From Candidatus Zixiibacteriota bacterium (GTDB lineage: Bacteria; Zixibacteria; MSB-5A5; GN15; FEB-12): DNA of 25,533 bases. The stretch lies in NCBI GenBank assembly GCA_041742355.1, contig JBGSIV010000126.1, forward strand, positions 1 to 25,533, written 5' to 3'. The position numbers and the translations under genes were made by a program. Positions 1 to 9,600 of this stretch are shown here, piece after piece (within the stretch, counting starts at the first letter, position 1; every line of letters begins with the position of its first letter). A model generated the notes under the pieces. It made no database searches. It saw nothing but the letters and a program-made list of their open reading frames with translations, and was not told where the DNA came from.

Positions 1-593
1 TCCGCATCGTCCCAACCCCACGAAAACTGATCGTACTTCCCCGTCATCTCGTAGTACTGCTGCGTACGCGTATCGGGCAGGTGATGAGTGATCTCCGGGT
101 ATTCCAAGGGGTCGGCGTCATCGTCGTCGGCCAGCCCGTAGGTCCAGTTGAGGAAATTGCTGTAGCGGTCCTCAGACCAGTGCGTCCGGTTGAACAACTC
201 GAACTCGTCGGTCATCTCTGAGCCGTCGGCATGCCACTTGGCGTGCAGCCCCCACGATGCCGCTTCGACCCCGAGGAATATGAACGGCTTGATCCGGCTG
301 CCGTAGTACCATTGCCCCGCTCCCGGTACCAGAAGCGAGAGGAAGAACGCTTTGGCGGGTGACTTCGTCTTCACCTCGGCCCGTTCGTCCGCATCGGATG
401 AAAACGCCTCGTTCTCGGCCAGCTGGGCGAGATCCCCTTCGGACGCCGTCACCAGTCCATAGCGAACCTGCACGCCCGCGTCGTCGAACGGCGACCGCAC
501 CAGGTTCGCGCCCCTGGCCGGCGCATGCAGCAGAAGGCTGACCGCAATCAAACTACAGGCACAACTCCATCGGCTATACTGGCGCATCGTCAT
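1..593 (-). CDS. Hypothetical exported/membrane protein, DUF5683-like; 3' end runs off the window
   Basis: Not in the ORF track; translated by hand. ATG at 593 with GAGGAG RBS, 8 nt after the stop of the M6 gene. Reads MTMRQYSRWSCACSLIAVSLLLHAPARG...KTKSPAKAFFLSLLVPGAGQWYYGSRIKPFIFLGVE...QQYYEMTGKYDQFSWGWDDA, open to the window edge. KSPxxAxxLSxxxPGxGQxY is typical of DUF5683/TM2-like proteins. Confidence 0.8.
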   Translation of the reverse strand, partial: MTMRQYSRWSCACSLIAVSLLLHAPARGANLVRSPFDDAGVQVRYGLVTASEGDLAQLAENEAFSSDADERAEVKTKSPAKAFFLSLLVPGAGQWYYGSRIKPFIFLGVEAASWGLHAKWHADGSEMTDEFELFNRTHWSEDRYSNFLNWTYGLADDDDADPLEYPEITHHLPDTRTQQYYEMTGKYDQFSWGWDDA

Positions 594-601
594 GGGGCTC
601 C

Positions 602-3600
602 TCATCTGAGTATGGCTATATCGGTGAAGGCCGTTTCCGTCTCACCGCCAAAATCAACTTCTATCCGGCAGCGGTACACCCCCGGGGTGACATCGCCGCA
701 GTTCCATTCCAGCTCGTTGTTTACACCGCCCGCAGTCGGGCCGGGCATTTCGGCTATTTCGACACCCGACAGGTCGAACACCGTCAGCGTCACCCGGGCC
801 GCTTCGAGGCCGAGGAAATACCGGATCGTCGTCCGCCCTTCAGTCACCGGGTTGGGGTAGTTGAAGTACTGCTTTTTGTCGAACGCCTGCGCATACTGCG
901 CCGGCGCGCCCAGGCGGCGCTCGTCAAACACAAGGGTTCCCCCCGCGTCCGCTCCGGCCATCGGCCAGAAGTTGCGGGCCGTGTCGGCATCCGTTTCCCA
1001 CAGGTAGAACCAGCCGTCCGCGCCGATATAGCCGAGCTTGCCGCCCAGCGAATCGTTCACGAACAGCGCCGATCCGGCGGTGAACTCTCCGCCCGAGAGC
1101 GGGAAACCGTGGGCCAACTCGTCACCGTAGGCATAGACATTCCCGATCTCTGTCGGAACAACGACTTCGGGCCGGCCTCCCCGGCGAATGTCCGCCACCA
1201 CGGGCGCAGCCGTCACGTCCGCATCGGGGTAGCGATCATCGAGCCGCTTCGGATAGTCGGCGACGAGGGTGAAGTTCCGGTCGAATGCGACCAGATGGTT
1301 CTCGCTCCCCACCAAGATCTCCGGGTACCCGTCGCCGTTGATATCCGCCGCGATCGGATTCGTCGTCACCGGTATCGCGCGCGCCATTTTGAACGACGCA
1401 TCGTCGGCAACTACTTCCAGCGGCGCCTGTGCCCGGAGGCGGATCCCCTTGCCGTAATCGGTGAATCCGATGATATCCTGCGTGCCGTCCCGATCGACAT
1501 CGACCAGTATAGGCCCGAATCGGTACTGATCATCGTTGACCACGACGGAATCGTAGTCACCGTCGCTTCCGATGGAGTACCAAACGGTGTGGTCATCGGA
1601 GCCGCCCACGAGTATCATTCGGTCGCCGAATGCGCAAATACCGTGGTACTGCTCCTGCCCGAACGACCCGATCATTAAGGCACCGGAAGCGAGGTCATCA
1701 GCCCAATACACATTCCCGGCGCTCGTGAGCACCCACAAATCACTATTCAGGAACATGGCGATAGGATCCCCGACGGTCGTGAAGATCAGCCCCGAGTCGG
1801 CCAGACCATTCGCGATATCTCCCGCAAAATCCGTAGCCCGGCGCACCTCGACCACTCCTCCGGCGCGCCCTGCGGCCACCACCATTGGCCCTTCGCTGTC
1901 GCCGAAATCTCCAGCGACCGGACCGCACAGCAGTATCGAGTCCCCCAATCCAAACATGGCCAGCGGGTATATTTGGCCGTCATGCACAGTCGCGTACGAC
2001 GTATCGAGAAAGATCGAATCCGGCGCTCCCCAGACTTTCGCGAGGAAGTTCTCCCCTTCGGTTGTGAACGCGAGTATCCGCTTCCCTGACGCCACGATTA
2101 TCTCATCTGTGCCGTCCCGATCCAAATCGGCCGCGATCGGCGCCAGCGGCACCGAGGGCGTCCCGACTCGCACCGGGAAATTGTCCACCAGTCCTTCCGT
2201 CTCGACATCGAACCGCACCAGCGTGTCATGCACGATGATCGTTGTTCCCGGCGTATCCGCCTCGCGGGTGATACCGGTGATCCGCACGTGGGTGTTGTTG
2301 CCGGTGTTGTCGATCGACGGCGGGTTGGTGTTCGGCGTGAAGGACGTATTCCGATCATCCCGGTACATATCCTCCGGCCGGCCGTATCCGGCGCGGTAGT
2401 TGCCGCCGAAATTGATGATGCCGTCCCCTTCGATCAGCGTGATAAACTTGCGGTCCTTGTCCCACTGGAGCTGGTTGTCGCTGAAATTGTCTCCCCCATC
2501 CCCGTTGAAATCCATCGCCGCGACACTTTCGTCGACGAGGTAAATCAGCACGCCGGATCCCGGCATGAGGGCATCGTACTCGCGCGTGAACTCGCCGGTC
2601 TCGGTGTCGACCGGTCCCTGGAGCACGTTGACCACCGAATCAAGTCGCTGCCCCGTTTCATGTCCGGTGTAGCTGATGACCCGGTTCTCCAGCAGGTAGT
2701 ACTCATGCTCGCTGATCGGCACGCGCGCCACCTTGATTCCCTCGGTGGCCATCTGCGCCGCGGCCAGTTGAATATCCGTCCCCCGGCGAAAATCATGCAC
2801 TTCGGCAAACCCGAGATACGCCCGGGACCATGCGCACGGAAAGAGCGGAATCGTCCCGAACACCGATCCCACCGGGAAACCGAAATCGATTCCGGTCCCG
2901 AAACCGTTGTTGTCCATCAGCGCGAAATCGCCGAGCTGGCTCATGAAGGTCCGGGTGCTGTAGAGATCCACCAGTCCAAGCTGGTGGCCGAATTCATGCG
3001 CGAGCACCGCGTTGAGCGCGGTCGCCCGGTTGTCCTGGCTGGCTGTTTCCGGCATCATCAGCGCCGTCTTCACAAAGTTCGCACCGCCATCCACCGGGAG
3101 CGAATCACCGAACGCGATGAACCCGGTGAACAGGTCGTTGCAGGTCTCCGGAAAACCGATGTCGTTCTGACGGTCGCTCCCCGCATGAAACAGGAAGATC
3201 GACTGATAGGCACCGAAATCGATCTCCGGCGACACCGTATCGGCGAGCTGGATGCAGTCAATGAAGTACTGCTCGAGCCCCGCCACTACCTCGTTGAAAT
3301 CGCACCGCCCGTAGTGGTTCATCGGGTGCGGCAACTCGTACACCGAGTCCTCCACGGGAGGATAGATGTCCCAGGTCAGCGTGATCTTCCCATCCGAGAC
3401 AGTCTCCCAGTACCGACTGAGCGCACGCATGTGGGCATCGAAGTAGGCGGTGTTCCGGGGGGGCGAGTCGATCCAGTGCCCGACCGAATCGAAGTACGCC
3501 GCCGCCGATGCGGAGTCCGCTTCCGGATCGACCAGCACCATGCGCCCGCGCCCCGTCGTGTTGGGGTCGTCCGTCGCCTCGTACTGGAAGTTGTACCGGA

Positions 3601-3865
3601 GCACCAGGCAGTGGATAGTGTCCTGCGCGTCGGCCGCCAGCGCCTGTTTGGGTAGCGACCACGGGTTGGCCCGCTCCAGCCCCAGGTCGATGACCGACCC
3701 CGGGTGCGGCGTGAGGCACCGGTGGTGAACGAAGTTTTCGCCCGGTCCGGTTTCCCCCGGATGTTGAATTCCCTTGATCCGCAGAACCCCGTCACCGGCG
3801 GCGATTACCACCGCCGGGAGGAGTAGTGCCAGTGCGATCATCAGACATACATGTCGTTGTAACAC
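602..3865 (-). CDS. Secreted M6-family (immune inhibitor A-like) zinc metalloprotease with FG-GAP-like repeats and a T9SS type A-like C-terminal sorting domain
   Basis: Signal peptide; zinc motif HEFGHQLGLVDLY; M6 motifs FHAG, ALMD and EYYLLENR; FG-GAP-like ADLDRDGTDEI, DVDRDGTQDI and ADINGDGYPEI; C-terminal YPNP...VTLTVFDLSG...PGVYRCRI. Confidence 0.85.
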   Translation of the reverse strand: MLQRHVCLMIALALLLPAVVIAAGDGVLRIKGIQHPGETGPGENFVHHRCLTPHPGSVIDLGLERANPWSLPKQALAADAQDTIHCLVLRYNFQYEATDDPNTTGRGRMVLVDPEADSASAAAYFDSVGHWIDSPPRNTAYFDAHMRALSRYWETVSDGKITLTWDIYPPVEDSVYELPHPMNHYGRCDFNEVVAGLEQYFIDCIQLADTVSPEIDFGAYQSIFLFHAGSDRQNDIGFPETCNDLFTGFIAFGDSLPVDGGANFVKTALMMPETASQDNRATALNAVLAHEFGHQLGLVDLYSTRTFMSQLGDFALMDNNGFGTGIDFGFPVGSVFGTIPLFPCAWSRAYLGFAEVHDFRRGTDIQLAAAQMATEGIKVARVPISEHEYYLLENRVISYTGHETGQRLDSVVNVLQGPVDTETGEFTREYDALMPGSGVLIYLVDESVAAMDFNGDGGDNFSDNQLQWDKDRKFITLIEGDGIINFGGNYRAGYGRPEDMYRDDRNTSFTPNTNPPSIDNTGNNTHVRITGITREADTPGTTIIVHDTLVRFDVETEGLVDNFPVRVGTPSVPLAPIAADLDRDGTDEIIVASGKRILAFTTEGENFLAKVWGAPDSIFLDTSYATVHDGQIYPLAMFGLGDSILLCGPVAGDFGDSEGPMVVAAGRAGGVVEVRRATDFAGDIANGLADSGLIFTTVGDPIAMFLNSDLWVLTSAGNVYWADDLASGALMIGSFGQEQYHGICAFGDRMILVGGSDDHTVWYSIGSDGDYDSVVVNDDQYRFGPILVDVDRDGTQDIIGFTDYGKGIRLRAQAPLEVVADDASFKMARAIPVTTNPIAADINGDGYPEILVGSENHLVAFDRNFTLVADYPKRLDDRYPDADVTAAPVVADIRRGGRPEVVVPTEIGNVYAYGDELAHGFPLSGGEFTAGSALFVNDSLGGKLGYIGADGWFYLWETDADTARNFWPMAGADAGGTLVFDERRLGAPAQYAQAFDKKQYFNYPNPVTEGRTTIRYFLGLEAARVTLTVFDLSGVEIAEMPGPTAGGVNNELEWNCGDVTPGVYRCRIEVDFGGETETAFTDIAILR

Positions 3866-3889
3866 GTCCCTACCTTCGCCTCGCCGCAG

Positions 3890-6658
3890 TTACGGCATGA
3901 TCGAGAGCGAGAAGCGCAGCGTATTCGCCAGCGCCACATCCTTGCTGTTCGGAATATACGAGAAGTCGGCCCGCATCCAGTCGAGCGGATGGAGCCCGGC
4001 GCCGAGCGTGAACGTCTTAACTTTGCCTTCCTGGTCGTAGACGTACCCGAAGCGGCCGGCGATCAGATCGGCGTAAGTCAGTTCCACACCGCCGTTGAAG
4101 ATCGCTTCCTGCAGTTCTCCGCCAACATCGCCGAAATCGACATCGACGAGGATCTTGTTCATCTCGGCCGTCACCAGCAGCGTCGAGTAGTTCGTCTGGA
4201 ACAACTTGTAGGCGAACCCGACCGCAAGGTTTCGCGGCAGAGGATCCGACTGCGCCGGATCGATGTACGCCATGTCCCAGCCGAGGTTGGTGATCGCCAG
4301 GCCAAGGTTCAGCCGCGGCGACCACTGGTACAGGAGCCCGAGATCGAACGCAAACCCGGTCGAGGTTCCCTCGCCCTGTTCGTCACCGGCGCCGAGATCG
4401 GACAGGCGCGAGTAAATCAGCTTCGCGCCGATACCCGTTTTCAGCTTCTGCGTCAGCGAAAAGCCGAACGCCCCGGTAACCGCGAGGTCAAAGGACTCGA
4501 ACGTACTGATCGGATCGCTGCTCGTCTGCCCCGTTCGCGTGATCTCACCGTACGTCAGGTACGTCACGTTGATCCCGCCGGTGCCGATATCGCCGATCTG
4601 GAACACGGCCGAGGCGAAGTCATAGTACATATCGCTGGCCAGTTCCGGCAGCCAGTTTACGTGCATGAGGGAGATTTCGGTCCGGCCGTTGGCCTTGACG
4701 ACGATTTCCTCGTCGCTCGCCAGCCAGAGTTCTCCTTCTATCGCCCGGACGAAGATAGTGTTGGCTTCACCCATGCCCCGTTCGTTCACCCGCGAGAGAC
4801 GGCCTTCTTCGAGCACCCGGAGGCCTTCGCTCGTGGCGAAAAACACCCGGCCGCCGTCGACGGTCACCTGGTTGATCGGCGCAGCCACCGCATTCTCGTA
4901 GACGAGAACGGTCCGGCCGGAATCCAGCGTCTCCGTCTCCTGCAGGCCATTGACCGCCATGAGGGCATTCTGGTACTGCTGGCGGCCCTTCGTGTCGGAC
5001 GACCGGAAGCGCTTGTCTACAAGGCTGGCGACCGTCTCGCCCGCACCTGCCTCGCGCACTTTCCAACCCGGCATCTTCCACTTGTAGCCGTCAAAGTACA
5101 GAAGACCGTACTCGGTCCCCACAAACAGCTCGTCCTGCCGCACGACCACGGAATTCACATACCCCTTGATCTCCACCGCGAACGGCAGATACAGCACATC
5201 GCCGGGGGGAAGGTTCGACCAATCGACATCGCCGGACGGACGCGGCGGCATGGTCGCTGTCTCTGCGGGAGTCTCGGTCGCGGCCGGTTCCACTGCGGCG
5301 GCACTGTCGGCCGCCACGGTCGTCGAATCCGTTACCTGGGCCGTAGTATCAGCCGGCTTCTCTTCCGCCGGCGGAGCCGCGGCAACCTGCACCGGTGCGA
5401 TCGGTCCGGACGGGTTGAGCCGCTTGATCTCCTCGACAAACGCCTGCTTTTCCGCCGCAGTGCCATAGATCGCGAACCGCTCCGCAATGGCTTCCGGCGT
5501 GTCGCCGACCGCGATCGTGTACGGACGGCTGTCGGTCCACCGCGTCTTATTGTAGAAGTACAACTTGCCGTCGACAACGGCATACAGCTTCGAGCCGCCG
5601 TCGGCCCCAATCGCCGCCACCGCACCCGCCGGCAAACTGCCGGTAGTGTCAACCGAGGTGATATCGCGACCGCCGAACATCACCATACCCTTGGCTGTCC
5701 CGACATAGAACAGCGCGCCGCCCGCATAGAGCGAACGGATGTCGTTCGAGGGAAGCCCTTCCGCCTCGGTAAATGTCCGCCAGCTCCGGCCGTCATAGGT
5801 GAACAACCCGTCTGAGGTTCCCACCACCAGAAGCTTGTCCCTCGAGGAGATCGCCGTCGGCTGGCCATCGAACACCACCGTGTAGGGAATCATCACTTCT
5901 TCCGGGATGAAGCGCATCCTGGCCCGCTCAATCGCGACCCCGATCTTGTCGATTTCGCCCGTCTCAAGCGTGCCGTCCTTGAGGCCGTCGGCAAGTCCCT
6001 TACGCGCTTCCGCGACATTCTCCCAGCGCACCCGGGCATCCGTGTACGCCACCATGAGGGAATCCAGCCGTTCGCTGAGGAAGGGCCGATCGCGGTAGGT
6101 CTCAGGAACCACCGCGAGGATGCTGTCACGAAGCTGGCCAAGATCCTCGTAGGACATCGCGGCGTTGGCCCGCGCCACCCGCGCGACCATCTGGTCGAGC
6201 ATGGCCTCATCCTGCACCTTGAAGTAACCGCTCACGATCCCGCGGATCGTCTGATCGGTACGGGTGCTGAACAGCTCACCTTCGTGCCAACGACGGCCGT
6301 CATATCGTACCAGCCCCTTGGATTCGGATATGCCCCAGATCTCGTATGAATCGAAATCGGATCCGCCGCCGTGCTTCACCGCCGCAATCGCCCGCAACGG
6401 GCGAATGTGGGCGGGCACCTGCGAAACCGTCCAGCCGTCGGCCAGCGGACGGGCCCCCAGGCCGGCCGGATTCCAGTGGGTGGTGGTCGCGTCGTCGGCT
6501 ACCGCCACGAACGCTTCACCCATACCGGCCGCGCGGGCGCCGGGCGCTATGCGCAGGAACAGCACCGCGGCATTGGATATCTCCGCATAGCTGTCGGCCG
6601 CAGCCGCCCCAATCAGAAAGACCGTGAGAAGAACCAAACCAAGTTTCTTCGTGATCAT
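3890..6658 (-). CDS. porV: PorV/PorQ-family outer-membrane beta-barrel protein with a large internal insertion
   Basis: N-terminal FLRIAPGARAAGMGEAFVAVADDATTTHWNPAGL and C-terminal barrel (HVNWLPELASDMYY, GAKLIYSRL, FAFDLGLLY, NLGLAITNLG, DPLPRNL, LANTLRFSL) match PorV. It lies directly downstream of porU. ATG 6658 (AGGAG 6 nt upstream) is preferred to TTG 6664. Confidence 0.8.
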   Translation of the reverse strand: MITKKLGLVLLTVFLIGAAAADSYAEISNAAVLFLRIAPGARAAGMGEAFVAVADDATTTHWNPAGLGARPLADGWTVSQVPAHIRPLRAIAAVKHGGGSDFDSYEIWGISESKGLVRYDGRRWHEGELFSTRTDQTIRGIVSGYFKVQDEAMLDQMVARVARANAAMSYEDLGQLRDSILAVVPETYRDRPFLSERLDSLMVAYTDARVRWENVAEARKGLADGLKDGTLETGEIDKIGVAIERARMRFIPEEVMIPYTVVFDGQPTAISSRDKLLVVGTSDGLFTYDGRSWRTFTEAEGLPSNDIRSLYAGGALFYVGTAKGMVMFGGRDITSVDTTGSLPAGAVAAIGADGGSKLYAVVDGKLYFYNKTRWTDSRPYTIAVGDTPEAIAERFAIYGTAAEKQAFVEEIKRLNPSGPIAPVQVAAAPPAEEKPADTTAQVTDSTTVAADSAAAVEPAATETPAETATMPPRPSGDVDWSNLPPGDVLYLPFAVEIKGYVNSVVVRQDELFVGTEYGLLYFDGYKWKMPGWKVREAGAGETVASLVDKRFRSSDTKGRQQYQNALMAVNGLQETETLDSGRTVLVYENAVAAPINQVTVDGGRVFFATSEGLRVLEEGRLSRVNERGMGEANTIFVRAIEGELWLASDEEIVVKANGRTEISLMHVNWLPELASDMYYDFASAVFQIGDIGTGGINVTYLTYGEITRTGQTSSDPISTFESFDLAVTGAFGFSLTQKLKTGIGAKLIYSRLSDLGAGDEQGEGTSTGFAFDLGLLYQWSPRLNLGLAITNLGWDMAYIDPAQSDPLPRNLAVGFAYKLFQTNYSTLLVTAEMNKILVDVDFGDVGGELQEAIFNGGVELTYADLIAGRFGYVYDQEGKVKTFTLGAGLHPLDWMRADFSYIPNSKDVALANTLRFSLSIMP

Positions 6659-6675
6659 GGACAACTCCTGTTCTA

Positions 6676-9600
6676 TCAGTTCACTAAAATGACTTTTCCA
6701 AAGGACTCGACGGCCTCGCCGCCGGCCGGGTACGCGGTGGCCTTAAAAATGTAGACCCCCGTTGCCACCCGGTCCCCGGCGTAATCGTCCCCATACCAAA
6801 TAATATCGTCATAGTAGCCGGGATCTGTGGGGTAGCGGTCAAAACTCCGGATCCGCCGGCCCGACAGGGTAAAGATCTCCAGGGACACCCGCTGGACGCC
6901 GGCGGTCAATCGATACGAAAATCGGGTGCTTTCCTGCATGGGATTGGGGTAATTCAGCAGGTCCGCAAGAACCGTGCCACCCGCCGCCACAACCTCCGCG
7001 GCAAACTCCACCGTCGAAGAATTATTGGCGTTGTCCCAGGCCTTGATCTTGAACGTATGCCGTCCCGGCTCCAGCCCCTCCAGCCGATAGTCCAACCCTC
7101 CCCGGGTGAAGTCATCCTGCTCGGCGGCATACAGGCCGGTCAGATCCACCATCTGCTCCGGGCGATCATCAATGAGCAGCGTGATCCCGTGCCCGAGCCC
7201 GCCGGCCAGGTTGATGCCCGACGAATCCGCCAATCCGATCCGCAGAACATCCTCAGCCGTCACCGTTCCCCCATCGGAGAACCCCGCGATGTTCGGAAAT
7301 CCGTAGGTGATCTCCGGTCCGGCCGAATCGGTTGTCGGCGCCACCGCTCCCGACACCGGGAGCGAGTCAACCGCCCCGATCCCGTCGGTGGCTGTAAGCT
7401 CGGCATAGGCCATGATTCGCGCCCCTGTTCCGCCGTACCCCACATCCAGCGGCGTCACAAATTCGAAGCTGAATTCGCCATTGGTAATTGTTGCGGTGCC
7501 GCGGTAAATCGTCGGGCCCGGCAACGTGTAGTTCACGGTCGAAATCACCTGGCCGCTCGTGTTGAACAGCCGGAACTGCTTCTCCCGGTTGGAGTCGTAC
7601 ACGTCGATCAGCAGCCGTCCGTCGGCGTTGCGGAGAACTCCGTCGTGGTCGACCACGCGCCCCGACACCAGGGTTCGGCCCAGCGCCATCAGGCTGTCCG
7701 GCGCCTCGTCGAACTCGACCCGCAAGTGCGGCAATCCGAGCCGCAGGAACGGGTCGCCGAAGAACAGGTAGGCCCGATCGTTGGTGTTTGGCACCGGGAT
7801 AGTCCCGCCGTTGTACTGCCGCTCCAGCTTCGCGACAAAAAACGCTTCCGCCATCGACAGGCTGTCGGCAGTCAGCAGGATATCGAATACTTTCCGATTG
7901 AACGTCGAGTTCTCCGAAGCATACACAAGGCGCATCGCCGAAATGATCGCGATCGCACCGCCGTTCGGGTATACCAGCAGTTCCTCGGCCATACCCTCGC
8001 GTGCCGGATCATCGAAGAACCCGATCGCGCAGGATGCCGCGTAGAAGAGCGGCAGGCGATCGGCGTTCTGCAAACGGGGCAGATCGGCATCGCGGTAGAA
8101 AACCCGCTCATCCGCCCACACATCGGGGTTGCCGTGGCCGATATAGTCGATAAGCAGCGTCCCTTCGTTGACACTGCGCACGATGGCATCGTTCACCGAC
8201 GGCTTCAGCCGCCCGACCCGGGGGTAATCCCAAAGGTAGATCTTCTCGCGGCGGAATGTCTGGGGAATGTGGCTCCGATCCAGCGGCTCGGCCCCGATCG
8301 CCACGTGAAACGTCTCGTTGGCGTATGTCCCGCCCCGCTCATCGTCGGCCACCAGCGTGATTTTCGAGCGCCACGGCCCGTAGGTCGCGGGGGACTCGTA
8401 GCGTCTCGTCTTCTCCACAATCGTCCCGATCTCCGCCGCCGTCCGCACCGGCCACCGTGCGATCACCATGTCGAGCCCTCGATCCGGCGGCACCGCGTAG
8501 CTGGTATCCGAGTCGACAATCCCGTAGCGCCCGAAATACACGTAGTTGTCGTCGGAGGCCGACTCGTCAAGGTCGGACGGGAGCACAAACGGCGGCACCA
8601 CGTTGCTCATCCCGGTGCGCAGATTGTCGAGATAATCGAAACTTCCGTCTCCCACCAGGAGCGCCGTGTGCGGCGCGGGCGACGGGTAGTTTTCATACGC
8701 ATATTTCAGGAAATCGCGGATCGCGGTCGGATCGTACAGGCCAAACGCAAAGTTGTCCATAATGTCGTCGACCGTAACCGTGCGAAGGTTGATCCCTCTC
8801 CCCTCCCACAGGTCGATATACTCCGCCAGCCCTGGGGCCAGCTGCTGCGACGTGATGATAATCCCGTCAATCTGCTCTCCGACGGCATAGAGATCGACCG
8901 GCGTCGTCCGCTCGATCGCTATCGGCGCAAATGCCGCCGAGGATGCTCCGAAGAAGAACCTGTTCGGCCCTGTCGGCGTCAGGTCAACGACCAGGTCGAG
9001 CGTGCCGCCTGCGCGGGTCAGACTGTCGAGCCGCACCGGGCGCCGGGGGTTATCGATACGAAGGGCCACCAGCGACTGGCCGTAGCTGTCCACAACCTCG
9101 AGGCGTGCATTGGGCAGGGTCGACCCCCCCAAGGGCAGATCAAGCGACGAACCCATGGGGACTAGTCGGCTCTGGTAGGTGAGATCGACGTAGTTCAGGT
9201 AGGGTGCGACATCCGACGCCCCCCACATGTTGAGCCTGATGTTGTTGAGCCCATCCAGGAGGTTTGTCACCGTGAACTGGCAGTAGAACTGATTCTGAGC
9301 GATCGGAACGGCCCGTTGCCCGTTGGCTGTTACTTCCATGTACCCAACCAGCGGATCGTCGAAATCCGGGTCGAATGTCCGGCCGTAGCTCCGCAGTTCG
9401 GCCGCGGTTCCACTCACATATCCCGATGCCGGAATGAACAACTGGGCCGGGGACTCCTTCGTCCAGTACCAGGAGTAGTAGTCGAGTATCTTTCCATCGT
9501 TGAACTGGCGGAGCAGGTTATCCTGCTCGACATGAACGGTCCGCCGGAATGACGTGATGGTCGTATCAGCCGGCGATGTCGGATCGACCGATTCCAAAGC

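Noticed and set aside
4688..6454. Intein or mobile element as the PorV insertion
   Set aside because: No N-terminal Cys/Ser with C-terminal His-Asn, no LAGLIDADG or transposase motifs, and codon style resembles the host gene.
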